DNA from: Acidimicrobiia bacterium
GTDB lineage: Bacteria; Actinomycetota; Acidimicrobiia; Spongiisociales; UBA5794
Reading direction: 5' to 3'
Length of the DNA: 64,000 nucleotides
Assembly (NCBI GenBank): GCA_041611095.1
Contig: JBFINP010000009.1
Span: forward strand, 1,032-65,031
Part shown: piece by piece, positions 10,021-18,646 of the stretch
How positions within the stretch are numbered: the stretch's first letter is position 1
Layout: the number at the start of each line of letters is the position of its first letter
Notes under the pieces: model-generated
Database searches by the model: none
What the model was told of the DNA's origin: nothing
What the model saw: only the letters and a program-made list of their open reading frames with translations
Made by a program: the position numbers and the translations under genes

Positions 10021-10177
10021 CGAACCTCCCCTTCCCCTTTGTCTCCGGTAAGGCGAGCCGTGTGAACGCACCCGCGTGTCGCCCCGTCGGGGCTCACGCT
10101 CGACCCTACACAATCCCTCCGAGGGATGTCGGGTGCCCGAGCGTCGTCGGTTCGACGCAGGTCCGCCCCTTCCCAAA

Positions 10178-10191
10178 CGAACGATCGTTCG
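10178..10191. promoter_or_regulatory. 14-nt perfect palindrome CGAACGATCGTTCG upstream of paaA; putative PaaR (TetR) operator
   Basis: Read directly from the sequence, 40 nt upstream of the paaA ATG. A CGTTCG half-site recurs at 10225..10230, just before the start codon. It fits a CNAACGNNCGTTNG pattern that I recall for a TetR-type PaaR (from memory, unverified). Confidence 0.5.
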
Positions 10192-10230
10192 CTAAACTGC
10201 CCGGCCGGCGAGTGAGGAGCCCATCGTTCG

Positions 10231-11175
10231 ATGACCCCCGAAGAGCAGCGGTTTCAGGACATCATCGATGCGGAGGACAAGATCGAGTCGACCGACTGGA
10301 TGCCCGCCGACTACCGCAAGACACTGATCCGACAGATCGCCCAGCATGCGCACTCCGAAGTCATCGGGATGCAGCCCGAGGGCAACTGGATCAGCCGGGC
10401 ACCGAGTCTCAAACGCAAGGCCATCCTCATGGCGAAGGTGCAGGACGAGGCGGGGCACGGCCTGTACCTCTACTCCGCCACCGAGACTCTCGGCATCGGC
10501 CGGGACGAGCTGGTCGACCTGCTCCACGCCGGGAAGCACAAGTACTCGTCGATCTTCAACTACCCCACACTCAACTGGGCGGACATCGGGGCGATCGGCT
10601 GGCTCGTCGACGGTGCGGCCATCACCAACCAGGTGATGCTCACCCGGACTTCCTACGGCCCGTACGCCCGAGCCATGGTCCGCATCTGCAAGGAGGAGTC
10701 GTTCCACCAGCGTCAGGGCTACGAGCTGCTCCTCACTCTGTGCCGAGGAAGCGAGGAGCAGAAGGCCATGGCCCAAGACGCCGTCAACCGGTGGTGGTGG
10801 CCATCGCTCATGATGTTCGGTCCCCACGATGCCGACTCGACGCACACCCAGCAGTCCATGACGTGGAAGATCAAGCGCATCTCCAACGACGACCTCCGGC
10901 AGCAGTTCGTCGACATGACCGTGCCCCAGGCCGAGTACCTCGGCGTCACGCTCCCCGATCCCGACCTCGCCTGGAACGAGGAGCGCGGTCACTTCGACTT
11001 CGGAAAGATCAACTGGGACGAGTTCTGGAACGTCGTGAAGGGGAACGGGCCGATGAACCGGGAGCGGATGGCGCACAAGCGTCGCGCCTGGGACGACGGG
11101 GCCTGGGTGCGCGAGGCGGCGGCGGCCCATGCGGACAAACAAGCGACCCGTCGCCTGGATCGCAAGAGCGCCTGA
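10231..11175 (+). CDS. paaA: 1,2-phenylacetyl-CoA epoxidase subunit A
   Basis: Ferritin-like di-iron motifs ([38 protein letters not shown]). First gene of a paaABCDE array. Confidence 0.9.
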   Translation: MTPEEQRFQDIIDAEDKIESTDWMPADYRKTLIRQIAQHAHSEVIGMQPEGNWISRAPSLKRKAILMAKVQDEAGHGLYLYSATETLGIGRDELVDLLHAGKHKYSSIFNYPTLNWADIGAIGWLVDGAAITNQVMLTRTSYGPYARAMVRICKEESFHQRQGYELLLTLCRGSEEQKAMAQDAVNRWWWPSLMMFGPHDADSTHTQQSMTWKIKRISNDDLRQQFVDMTVPQAEYLGVTLPDPDLAWNEERGHFDFGKINWDEFWNVVKGNGPMNRERMAHKRRAWDDGAWVREAAAAHADKQATRRLDRKSA

Positions 11176-11188
11176 GGAGGGTGATCCG

Positions 11189-11530
11189 ATGAGCTATGAC
11201 GTTCCCCTCGCCCCGGGCGAGCAGGTCGCCGACGTGACCGCAACCGGCCGCAGTGGATGGCCCCTGTGGGAGGTCTTCGTCCGGCAGCGCCGCGGCTTGA
11301 ATCACGTCCATGCCGGCAGCCTTCACGCCCCCGACCCCGAGAGCGCGCTCCAGAACGCTCGCGACGTCTACACGAGACGGGCCGAGGGCGTCAGCGTGTG
11401 GGTAGTCCCGTCGGCGGCGGTGACGGCCTCGGATCCCGACGACGCCGATGCCATGTTCGAGCCGTTCGAGGAGCAGCCGTATCGCCACGCCACCTATTAC
11501 GAGATCCCCGACGAAGTGGGGCACATGTGA
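11189..11530 (+). CDS. paaB: 1,2-phenylacetyl-CoA epoxidase subunit B
   Basis: ORF 11129..11530, start trimmed to ATG 11189 (GAGGAGG upstream). WPLWEVFVRQRRGLNHVHAGSLHAPD...YTRR is the typical PaaB core. Confidence 0.85.
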   Translation: MSYDVPLAPGEQVADVTATGRSGWPLWEVFVRQRRGLNHVHAGSLHAPDPESALQNARDVYTRRAEGVSVWVVPSAAVTASDPDDADAMFEPFEEQPYRHATYYEIPDEVGHM

Positions 11531-12345
11531 CGAAGCCCACCCCCTCGGGCCCCGTGGTGGCCAGATCACCTCAGGGGATGCCGACGCGGCTGCCTGCCGA
11601 CCCGCACGCCGCCTATGTGCTGCGGCATGGCGACGACAATCTGATTCTGGCGCAGCGGCTGGGGGAGTGGATCTCGCATGCCCCCGAGCTCGAAGAGGAC
11701 ATCGCTCTCGCCAACATCGCCATCGATCACCTCGGCCAGGCGCGGGCACTGCTCGGCCACGCCGGTGCGCTGGAGGGGCAGGGACGTGATGAGGACGCCT
11801 TCGCCATGCAGCGGACCGAGCGCGAGTTCTCGAACCTGCTCATCGTCGAGCAGCCCAATGGCGACTTTGCGGTGACGATCGCCAGGCAGCTCTTCGTCGA
11901 CGCGTACCAGATGTCGCTGTGGCAGGCCCTTTCCACATCGAGCGACCCCACCCTTGCCGGGATCGCCGCCAAGGCGCTCAAAGAGGCCCGATACCACTTC
12001 CGCCACTCGAGCACGTGGGTGATCCGGCTCGGCGACGGCACCGAGGAGAGCCATCGGCGGATGCAGGACGGCATCGATGCGATGTGGCGCTTCACCGGCG
12101 AGATGTTCGAGGGCGACGAGATCGATGCGACGATGGTCGAGCGCGGCGTCGGGGTCGATCCAGCAGCGATCTGGCCCGAGTGGGAGGCTCGTATGGGTGG
12201 CGTACTCGCCGATGCGACGCTCGCCCGGCCCGAGGACCCGTACCAGCGCAGCGGCGGTCGGACCGGGTTTCACACCGAGCATCTCGGCCATCTGCTCGGG
12301 GAGATGCAGTGGATGCAGCGAACCTATCCGGGACTGGAGTGGTGA
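11527..12345 (+). CDS. paaC: 1,2-phenylacetyl-CoA epoxidase subunit C
   Basis: GTG 11527 overlaps the paaB stop (GTGA). LRHGDDNLILAQRLGEWISHAPELEEDIALANIAIDHLGQAR is PaaC-like. An alternative ATG start lies about 50 nt downstream. Confidence 0.8.
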   Translation: MTKPTPSGPVVARSPQGMPTRLPADPHAAYVLRHGDDNLILAQRLGEWISHAPELEEDIALANIAIDHLGQARALLGHAGALEGQGRDEDAFAMQRTEREFSNLLIVEQPNGDFAVTIARQLFVDAYQMSLWQALSTSSDPTLAGIAAKALKEARYHFRHSSTWVIRLGDGTEESHRRMQDGIDAMWRFTGEMFEGDEIDATMVERGVGVDPAAIWPEWEARMGGVLADATLARPEDPYQRSGGRTGFHTEHLGHLLGEMQWMQRTYPGLEW

Positions 12346-12347
12346 CG

Positions 12348-12818
12348 ATGGCGACGTTGACCGAGGAGGGCGTCTTCCAGGTGCTGAGCCGTGTGGTCGA
12401 TCCCGAGATTCCGGTGCTGACGATCGCCGATCTCGGCATCCTGCGCGGCGTCGAGATCGCAGGCGACACCGTCACCGTGACGATCACGCCGACCTACTCC
12501 GGCTGCCCGGCGATGGACCTCATCCGCGACGAGATCACGGCAGCGCTCGTCGAGGTGGGTTGCTCGTCGGTGGAGGTCAAGACGGTCTACGCCCCGGCCT
12601 GGACGACGGACTGGATCAGCGAAGGAGGCCGGAGACGGCTCGCCGAGTTCGGGATCGCCCCACCCTCACCGGCAAACGAGGTGCGGGCCCCCGTCGTGTG
12701 CCCGCGCTGCCGTTCCACCGAGACACACACCGTCAGCGAGTTCGGCTCGACGGCGTGCAAGGCGCTGATGGTCTGCGACGTCTGCGGCGAGCCGTTCGAC
12801 TATTTCAAGGAGATATGA
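12348..12818 (+). CDS. paaD: Phenylacetate-CoA oxygenase subunit PaaD (DUF59 plus zinc ribbon)
   Basis: ORF 11919..12818, start trimmed to ATG 12348, 2 nt after the paaC stop. DUF59-like VDPEIPVLTIADLGILRGV and C-terminal CPRC...C..C motifs. Confidence 0.85.
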   Translation: MATLTEEGVFQVLSRVVDPEIPVLTIADLGILRGVEIAGDTVTVTITPTYSGCPAMDLIRDEITAALVEVGCSSVEVKTVYAPAWTTDWISEGGRRRLAEFGIAPPSPANEVRAPVVCPRCRSTETHTVSEFGSTACKALMVCDVCGEPFDYFKEI

Positions 12819-13903
12819 GCACCCCGCCACAGCCGGCTCCCGTGTTCCACACGCTCCGTGTCGCCGATGTGCGGCGCGAGACGGACGACGCCGTTTCCGT
12901 GACGTTCGACGTACCCATTGACCTCGCCGACACCTATCGCTATCTCCCCGGTCAGCACGTCACCCTCAAGGCGATGATCGACGGGCAGGACGTGCGGCGC
13001 AGCTACTCGATCTGCGCCAACGCCGCCACAGGTGCGCTGCGGGTCGGGATCAAGCGGCTGCCGGGAGGCGCGTTCTCCACGTTTGCCACCGAGAAGCTCC
13101 AACCCGGCGACGAGATCGACGTGATGCCTCCCGTTGGCGAGTTCACCATCACCCCCGACCCGGCGGCGGGTCGCCACTACGGCGCCATCGTGGCCGGCAG
13201 CGGGATCACCCCCGTTCTCTCGCTCGTCTCGACGGTGCTCGAGCTGGAGCCGCAAAGCCGCTTCACGGTCGTGTTCGGCAACCGGGGAGCGGCCACGATC
13301 ATGTTCCTCGAGGAGCTGGAGGGGTTGAAGGACCGCTATCCCGATCGTCTGCATCTCATCCACGTGCTCAGCCGGGAGAGCACCGCCGTCCCCCTCTTCA
13401 GCGGCCGGATCGACGCCGAGAAGCTCGAGCAGCTCTTCGCCACGGTGGTCGACGCCGACACGGTGGACGACTGGTACCTGTGCGGTCCGTACGAGATGGT
13501 GCAGACGGCGCATGCCGTGCTCCGCGACCGCGGTGTCGCCGAGGAGCACCTGCACGACGAGCTGTTCTTCGCCGGGCCGATCGATCCCAGCCTGCTGCCG
13601 CCGGAGCCCGACGAGGCGGAGGGCACGGTGGCGCTCTCGTTCACGCTCGAGGGCAGGGAGTCGTCGGTTCGCATGCGGCCCGAGACGTCGATCCTCGATG
13701 CGGCGCTCATCGTGCGACGCGAGCTTCCGTACTCGTGCAAGGGCGGCATGTGTGCGAGCTGCAAGGCGCGAGTGGTCGAGGGTGCCGTCACGATGGACAA
13801 GAACTACGCCCTCGTCGAGGCGGACCTCGCTGCCGGATACGTCCTCACCTGCCAGTCGCACCCGACGACCGACCGCATCGTGGTGGACTTCGATCAGCGG
13901 TGA
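12815..13903 (+). CDS. paaE: Phenylacetate-CoA oxygenase reductase subunit PaaE
   Basis: ATG 12815 overlaps the paaD stop (ATGA). FNR-like RRSYSIC and AGSGITP motifs, with a C-terminal plant-type 2Fe-2S motif CKGGMCASCKA. Confidence 0.9.
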   Translation: MSTPPQPAPVFHTLRVADVRRETDDAVSVTFDVPIDLADTYRYLPGQHVTLKAMIDGQDVRRSYSICANAATGALRVGIKRLPGGAFSTFATEKLQPGDEIDVMPPVGEFTITPDPAAGRHYGAIVAGSGITPVLSLVSTVLELEPQSRFTVVFGNRGAATIMFLEELEGLKDRYPDRLHLIHVLSRESTAVPLFSGRIDAEKLEQLFATVVDADTVDDWYLCGPYEMVQTAHAVLRDRGVAEEHLHDELFFAGPIDPSLLPPEPDEAEGTVALSFTLEGRESSVRMRPETSILDAALIVRRELPYSCKGGMCASCKARVVEGAVTMDKNYALVEADLAAGYVLTCQSHPTTDRIVVDFDQR

Positions 13904-14469
13904 CCCGTAACACCCGCGAGGACGTAGTGCAGGCGGCGGGCCGGCTCTTTGCAGAGCGCGGGTATCACGGCACGTCGATGCGCGATCTCGGCAAGGAGCT
14001 GGGTCTGCTCGGCTCGTCGCTCTACTCCCACATCGACACCAAGCAGGAGCTGCTCGTCGAGGTGGTCGAGCGGGGCGGGAGGTTGTTTCAGGCCTCCGCT
14101 GCATCCGCGCTCGCCGTGGAGGGTTCCGCAGCCGATCGGCTTCGCAGGTTCGTCGCGGGGCACATCGACGTCGTGCTCGATCACGTGGACGAGGCCCGCA
14201 CGTTCCTCAACGAAGCACGATCACTGGAGCCGGCCTACCGCCGCAGAGTGGTTGCCGCCCGTGACCGCTACGAGGGCGTGCTCCGGGAGTTGCTGGGAGC
14301 CGGTGCCGTCGACGGCAGCCTCGCCGCCGGTGCGGATCCGAAGCTCGCCGGGATCTTCATCCTCTCGATCCTCAACGCCGTCGACCGCTGGTTCCACGAG
14401 CCGGGTGGCATCGACAGAGACGCCCTCGTCGATGAGATCTTCTCCTTCGTCACCGCGGGAATCGGCTGA
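13900..14469 (+). CDS. paaR: TetR family transcriptional regulator, probable paa repressor
   Basis: GTG 13900 overlaps the paaE stop (GTGA). The N-terminal HTH is AAGRLFAERGYHGTSMRDLGKELGLLGSSLYSHI. The function is inferred from its position at the end of the paa array. Confidence 0.75.
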   Translation: MTRNTREDVVQAAGRLFAERGYHGTSMRDLGKELGLLGSSLYSHIDTKQELLVEVVERGGRLFQASAASALAVEGSAADRLRRFVAGHIDVVLDHVDEARTFLNEARSLEPAYRRRVVAARDRYEGVLRELLGAGAVDGSLAAGADPKLAGIFILSILNAVDRWFHEPGGIDRDALVDEIFSFVTAGIG

Positions 14470-14602
14470 TCTCGGCGAATCCGACAGAAACCGCGAACTC
14501 GATTCGGGGTTGCGACAAACAACGGGTCGAGCGGCATCGCCAGGAACGCCGCTCCGCCGGTTTCTACCGGTGCGGCCAGGAACGAAGAAGGTAGGTCCCC
14601 AC

Positions 14603-14749
14603 ATGCAGCTTCGTGTCGCAATCGCATTGGCTGTGCTGTTCTCGCTGCTCTCCATGTACGGAGCAGTCGCCGGGTTCTTTCGGGCGCAATTCGCCGCCAC
14701 CGGCGGCGAGCTGGGTTGGAACACCCAGACGGAGGTCGTCAGCTTCTGA
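14603..14749 (+). CDS. possible small membrane protein (48 aa)
   Basis: ATG 14603 with GAAGGTAGG upstream. MQLRVAIALAVLFSLLSMYGAVAGFF forms one hydrophobic helix. There is no homology support. Confidence 0.3.
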   Translation: MQLRVAIALAVLFSLLSMYGAVAGFFRAQFAATGGELGWNTQTEVVSF

Positions 14750-14764
14750 AGTCTCCGGAAAGGA

Positions 14765-16135
14765 TCACTCGACGGTGAGCACGTAGCCGCTTCCCGGCTC
14801 CAGCAGCTCATCGCTCACGACAACCAGATACTCGCCGGTCTCAGGCGCCGTGAACTCGACCCGGGCATCGGTCCCGAACAGCCCACCGCCGCTGTCGAGA
14901 TCGAACGCCAGCGGCTCATCGGGATTGCCGATCGTGTCGACGTAGACCGTTGGATCGAGCAGACCACCTGCGGTGATCGTGACGGTCTGCCCCTCGTCCA
15001 TGGTGATGCGATAGACGTCGAACTCGCTCGAGATGTCGATGACGCCTCGAACGACGTCGCCGACCTGCACCACCATGTCGTCATCCGGGTCGAGCCACGG
15101 CGTGAGCGGGTGTGTCGACGTGACGGTCGACGACGTGGGACCGGCGACCACCGAATTGATGAACACGAAATGGGGCTCGTCGAACTCGACGGTGAACTCG
15201 ATCTTTGCGGGATCCTCGGGCGCTTCCACGACGATGAATCCGAGTGCATCGGTGACGGCGACCACATGATCGGCCGTGTCGACCTGGATCGTGACCTCCG
15301 TGCCGGGCGGCTCGTGGAGGACGAAGACCGCTTCGTGCCAGAAGCTCTCGAGGGACACCTCGTGCTCGGTCTCGGTGCCACTCTCGTCGATCGGTCCGAC
15401 GACGAACCGCTCGGGCGATGTGCCTGAAAGCAGACCATCGACCCGCTCGGCGAGATCCTCGGCGGCGGCCACGAGGGCGAAGTTGCTCTCGCTGAAACCG
15501 CCGAGCCCGGAGACACCCAGCACTTCGCCGCTTTCGGACACGAGCGCCCCGCCGCTCTGCCCGCCTGCGATGAGCGCGTCGGTCTGGATGAACGTGATGC
15601 CACCTTGCGTCCATTCGCGGATCCGCGAGATGACACCCTGGGTGATGGCCGGCACCGGGAAATCTTCGACCTCGCCCGGGTAGCCGACCAGGAAGACGGT
15701 GTCCCCCACACCGAAATCGGCGTCGGTGGCCAGCGACAGGGCGGGTGCGTCGGTGTCGACCGGCCCGACGACGGCGAGATCCTCGTAGAGGTCGGAGCGT
15801 ACGACGGGTGCGGAGGCGACTTCCGTACCATCCGGGAACACGACCCGCACCGTGGCGAAGGGCCACACCACATGTGCGTTGGTGACGATGTACCCGTCCT
15901 CGATCAGCACGCCGCTGCCCACGCCGATGTCCGTGGTGATGAACGCAAGCGACGGCGAGATCCGATCGAACAGCTCTCTCGTGGTCAAGATCGTCGAGGT
16001 CGTCGTGGTGGCGTGGGTGGTCGGCGGTTCGGTTGGAGGTGAGGTCGGTGCGGCGGTGGAGGTCTCTGCGGACCCTCCGCCAGAGCACGCGGCCACGGTC
16101 ACGAGCAGGACGGCAATGGGGGTGAGGCGGCGCAC
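14765..16135 (-). CDS. Trypsin-like (S1) serine protease lipoprotein with C-terminal pre-peptidase-type domains
   Basis: Lipobox LLVTVAACSGG. Catalytic contexts are TNAHVV (His), DLAVV (Asp) and GQSGGALV (Ser). The C-terminus carries PPC-like beta domains (DVYRITMDEGQTVTITAGG...GEYLVVVSDE). Confidence 0.8.
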   Translation of the reverse strand: MRRLTPIAVLLVTVAACSGGGSAETSTAAPTSPPTEPPTTHATTTTSTILTTRELFDRISPSLAFITTDIGVGSGVLIEDGYIVTNAHVVWPFATVRVVFPDGTEVASAPVVRSDLYEDLAVVGPVDTDAPALSLATDADFGVGDTVFLVGYPGEVEDFPVPAITQGVISRIREWTQGGITFIQTDALIAGGQSGGALVSESGEVLGVSGLGGFSESNFALVAAAEDLAERVDGLLSGTSPERFVVGPIDESGTETEHEVSLESFWHEAVFVLHEPPGTEVTIQVDTADHVVAVTDALGFIVVEAPEDPAKIEFTVEFDEPHFVFINSVVAGPTSSTVTSTHPLTPWLDPDDDMVVQVGDVVRGVIDISSEFDVYRITMDEGQTVTITAGGLLDPTVYVDTIGNPDEPLAFDLDSGGGLFGTDARVEFTAPETGEYLVVVSDELLEPGSGYVLTVE

Positions 16136-16146
16136 GATGTCGCAGG

Positions 16147-17496
16147 CTAACCGTCACCCGCGTTGGCAGTAGGCAGCGCATTCACGCTGTACACGCCGCC
16201 GGCGTTCCACAGCATCCAGCCGACGCCACGGGCCTCCGCCTCGTCGATGCCCGCTCTGACCTGAGACGGCGAGTAGTAGAAGGCTTGGAGCCACGGACGC
16301 AGGATCGTGCTTGGCGCCAGGCGAGGTATGGCGTCCTCGATGGCATCGGCGGTGACCGGTCCGGGATGGTCGTTGGGGTCGCCGAAGCCCAGCCAGCCCG
16401 GCGAGTAGTGGCTCGGATAGACCATCGGGCTGAGCGCATCGACGACCGCGGAGAGCTCCTCCGGCTTCTGACCGATGCCCTCGTCGGTCGGCGATGACAC
16501 CACGATGGCGAAGATGTCCGCCGATATCGCACAACCCGCCGCATGAACGCGCTCGCGCGCCTCGGTGAGGAACGATTGGATGGCCGCCACCCGCTCCGCC
16601 TCCGTCAGCGGCCGGCGGGCCTGCGCTACCTCGGCGGTCCGGCCCGCCGGGAAGCGCACGTAGTCGAACTGGATCTCGTCGAATCCCAGTTCGCACGCCT
16701 CGACGGCGACTGCCAGCGGGTACTCCCAGTTCTCCTCGTTCGTCGCATCGATCCAGAGACCGGCGAGCTTTGCCTCCGAGTCCGCCTTGGTCCACACCCG
16801 GTCCTCGAAGGTGACGACGCGAGCGATGGCGTACAGCCCCCGGTCGTGAACCTGGCGGATGGCGTCGGCCGGGTCGTAGGTCACGTCCACGGCGTCGAGC
16901 TCGTGGGCGGCGGCGACATCGGTGGCGTACCGCACCTTGCCGGTCTCGTCCTTGGTGTCGAACACGATGGCGTTGACGGCGGTCCCCTCGGTCATCGCGA
17001 GGAGCGCGGCAAACGCCTCCGGGTCACCCGCCGCCTCCGGGATGGCTCGCAGCGCCCGAACCACCCGCGGCTCGAGGGTGATCTCCACCGGTGCAGTGCC
17101 GTCGATGGGGACCTCGACCGGCAGCCAAGCCGGCCGGGTGACGGTGATCGTGCCGGCCGGGACATCGCTGAGGGCGAACGTCCCGTCCTCGGCCGTCACC
17201 GTCTCCCGGCCGGAGCAGACGATCGTCGCGTTGGCAAGCGGCTCCCCGGCCGGGCTGACGACCGTGCCCGAGAGGGAGAACATGGGGATGGTCGTCGTGG
17301 TGGTCGTAGTCGTCGTGGTGGTGGTCGTCGTGGTTGTCGTGGTTGTCGTGGTGGCCGTCGTGGTCGGGGCAGGCGCGGCCGCCGTGGAGGGCGGCGTGGT
17401 GGCCGCGCCGGCGACCGGTGAGCCGTCGACCGTGCAGGCGGCTCCGAGCATTGCAGACACGGTGAGTGCAACGGCGACGAGGCGGGCGAGACGCAT
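16147..17496 (-). CDS. Putative glycoside hydrolase (DUF4015-type TIM barrel) lipoprotein with poly-Thr linker
   Basis: ORF 16147..18084, start trimmed to ATG 17496. This gives MRLARLVAVALTVSAMLGAAC (lipobox). WEYPLAVAVEACELGFDEIQFDYVRFP resembles the DUF4015 putative glycosyl hydrolase domain. It ends 11 nt upstream of the protease gene. Confidence 0.7.
   Translation of the reverse strand: MRLARLVAVALTVSAMLGAACTVDGSPVAGAATTPPSTAAAPAPTTTATTTTTTTTTTTTTTTTTTTTTIPMFSLSGTVVSPAGEPLANATIVCSGRETVTAEDGTFALSDVPAGTITVTRPAWLPVEVPIDGTAPVEITLEPRVVRALRAIPEAAGDPEAFAALLAMTEGTAVNAIVFDTKDETGKVRYATDVAAAHELDAVDVTYDPADAIRQVHDRGLYAIARVVTFEDRVWTKADSEAKLAGLWIDATNEENWEYPLAVAVEACELGFDEIQFDYVRFPAGRTAEVAQARRPLTEAERVAAIQSFLTEARERVHAAGCAISADIFAIVVSSPTDEGIGQKPEELSAVVDALSPMVYPSHYSPGWLGFGDPNDHPGPVTADAIEDAIPRLAPSTILRPWLQAFYYSPSQVRAGIDEAEARGVGWMLWNAGGVYSVNALPTANAGDG
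17290..17364 (-). repeat. Low-complexity coding repeat: 21 consecutive Thr codons (24 of 25 codons are Thr)
   Basis: Codon-by-codon read of the minus strand: plus-strand triplets GGT/CGT/AGT/TGT from 17290 to 17352, then Ala, then 3 more Thr. Codon usage is mixed, so this is not a perfect microsatellite. Confidence 0.9.
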
Positions 17497-17540
17497 CGAC
17501 GCGATCGTACCGGGCGCCCGGCTACAGCCGCGACAAGCGC

Positions 17541-18551
17541 TCAGCCGTGGAGCTCGACGACTTCGCCGTCCGCGACGACGTGGTCGGGTCCCACTTGCTG
17601 GCCGTCGAAGTTGCCGGCACCCCAGATCTTGGCGAACCGGAGCGAGGCGGCGACGTCCTTGTGCACCAGCTCGGCGACGTCGCGCACCGTGGCACCGGTG
17701 CTCACGCTGAAGGGTCGTGTCATGTCGGGCGCCTGCCCGGGGATCTTGGTGTACACCCGGACGATGGCGAGCCGCTCGAAGAGCTCGCGGCCGATGGCGT
17801 CGAGACCTTCCCCCGTCTCTGCGGACACACACAACGTAGGGAACCACATGCCGGTCAGCTCCTCGAAGGTGCGTAGCTCGGTCGCGGCATCGTCGAGCTG
17901 GTCCGCCTTGTTGGCCACGAGCAGTGTCGGCAGAACCGTGGCAAAGGGATCGTCGATCTTGGGCTCCTCGGGGGACTCCGGCCAGATCGGCGTGAGATGG
18001 ACGCGGCGCTCGGCGAGGATGTCCTGCACATCGACCACTTCCACCATGCAGCCCGGATGGGCGAGGTCTACGACGAGGAGGCAACCGTCCGCCGGCTGCA
18101 GGGCGTTGGCGATCCAGGGCACGGGGTGCTCGCTCGAGACTGGCGGCAGATCGATCAGCTGTATTCCCACGTCGGCATGCTGGAGCATTCCGGGCAGCGG
18201 GAACTGGGTCGTGAACGGGTAATCGCCGATGGCTGCGTGCGACCCGGTCAGCCTTGCATGCAAGCTCGACTTGCCGGTGTTCGGCGGCCCGAGGAGGGCG
18301 ACCTGGGCGGCGCCCTCACGCCGGATGACGGTGGCGGGCCCACTTCGGGCACCTCCCGTCCTGGGTGCCCCAAGGGTGTCCGTGAGGTCCTTGATCCGGG
18401 TCTTGATGTCCGCCCGCATGGCCTCGGTCCCCTTGTGCTTGGGGATGGTGCGCAGCATCTCCTTGAGTCCGTCGAGCTGCTCTCGGGGGTCACGGGCCCG
18501 GCGGAACTCCGCTTCCGCCTTCTTGTACTCCGGAGAGAGATTGGCCGGCAT
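17541..18551 (-). CDS. OBG-class GTPase with C-terminal TGS domain (DRG/Rbg-like)
   Basis: G1 GPPNTGKSSL, G4 ANKAD, and a C-terminal TGS-like segment RVYTKIPG...VVADGEVVELH. Confidence 0.8.
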   Translation of the reverse strand: MPANLSPEYKKAEAEFRRARDPREQLDGLKEMLRTIPKHKGTEAMRADIKTRIKDLTDTLGAPRTGGARSGPATVIRREGAAQVALLGPPNTGKSSLHARLTGSHAAIGDYPFTTQFPLPGMLQHADVGIQLIDLPPVSSEHPVPWIANALQPADGCLLVVDLAHPGCMVEVVDVQDILAERRVHLTPIWPESPEEPKIDDPFATVLPTLLVANKADQLDDAATELRTFEELTGMWFPTLCVSAETGEGLDAIGRELFERLAIVRVYTKIPGQAPDMTRPFSVSTGATVRDVAELVHKDVAASLRFAKIWGAGNFDGQQVGPDHVVADGEVVELHG

Positions 18552-18646
18552 GGCTCCTCATTCTTCCATCGGCGGCCGCCGCGGCGAAGGGCCGGGGGGC
18601 CTTGGCCTTCGGGTCGGCCCGGGTGGCGAGCCGCGATGGTGCGGCG

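Noticed and set aside
8134-10065. 643-aa + strand ORF, the longest ORF in this area
   Set aside because: It lies entirely antisense to the well-supported PhoX-like gene (8488..10020). Its composition is Arg/Gly/Asp/His-rich with no motifs. This is a typical high-GC antisense frame.
10192-11142. 316-aa minus-strand ORF (and 11009..11749, 11566..12291)
   Set aside because: They are antisense to paaA, paaB and paaC, which carry diagnostic di-iron and family motifs.
12800-14104. 434-aa minus-strand ORF
   Set aside because: It is antisense to paaE and the TetR gene, both of which have diagnostic motifs.
17285-17365. Short-period GTCGTGGTG-like repeats that could be mistaken for a CRISPR array or a non-coding microsatellite
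   Set aside because: The period is 3/9 nt, there are no spacers, and the tract lies in frame inside a CDS, where it encodes poly-Thr.
16147-18084. 645-aa ORF as listed in the track
   Set aside because: Its upstream 195 codons are Arg-rich and overlap the GTPase gene (17541..18551), which lies in another frame. The real start is the ATG at 17496, which precedes a lipoprotein signal.
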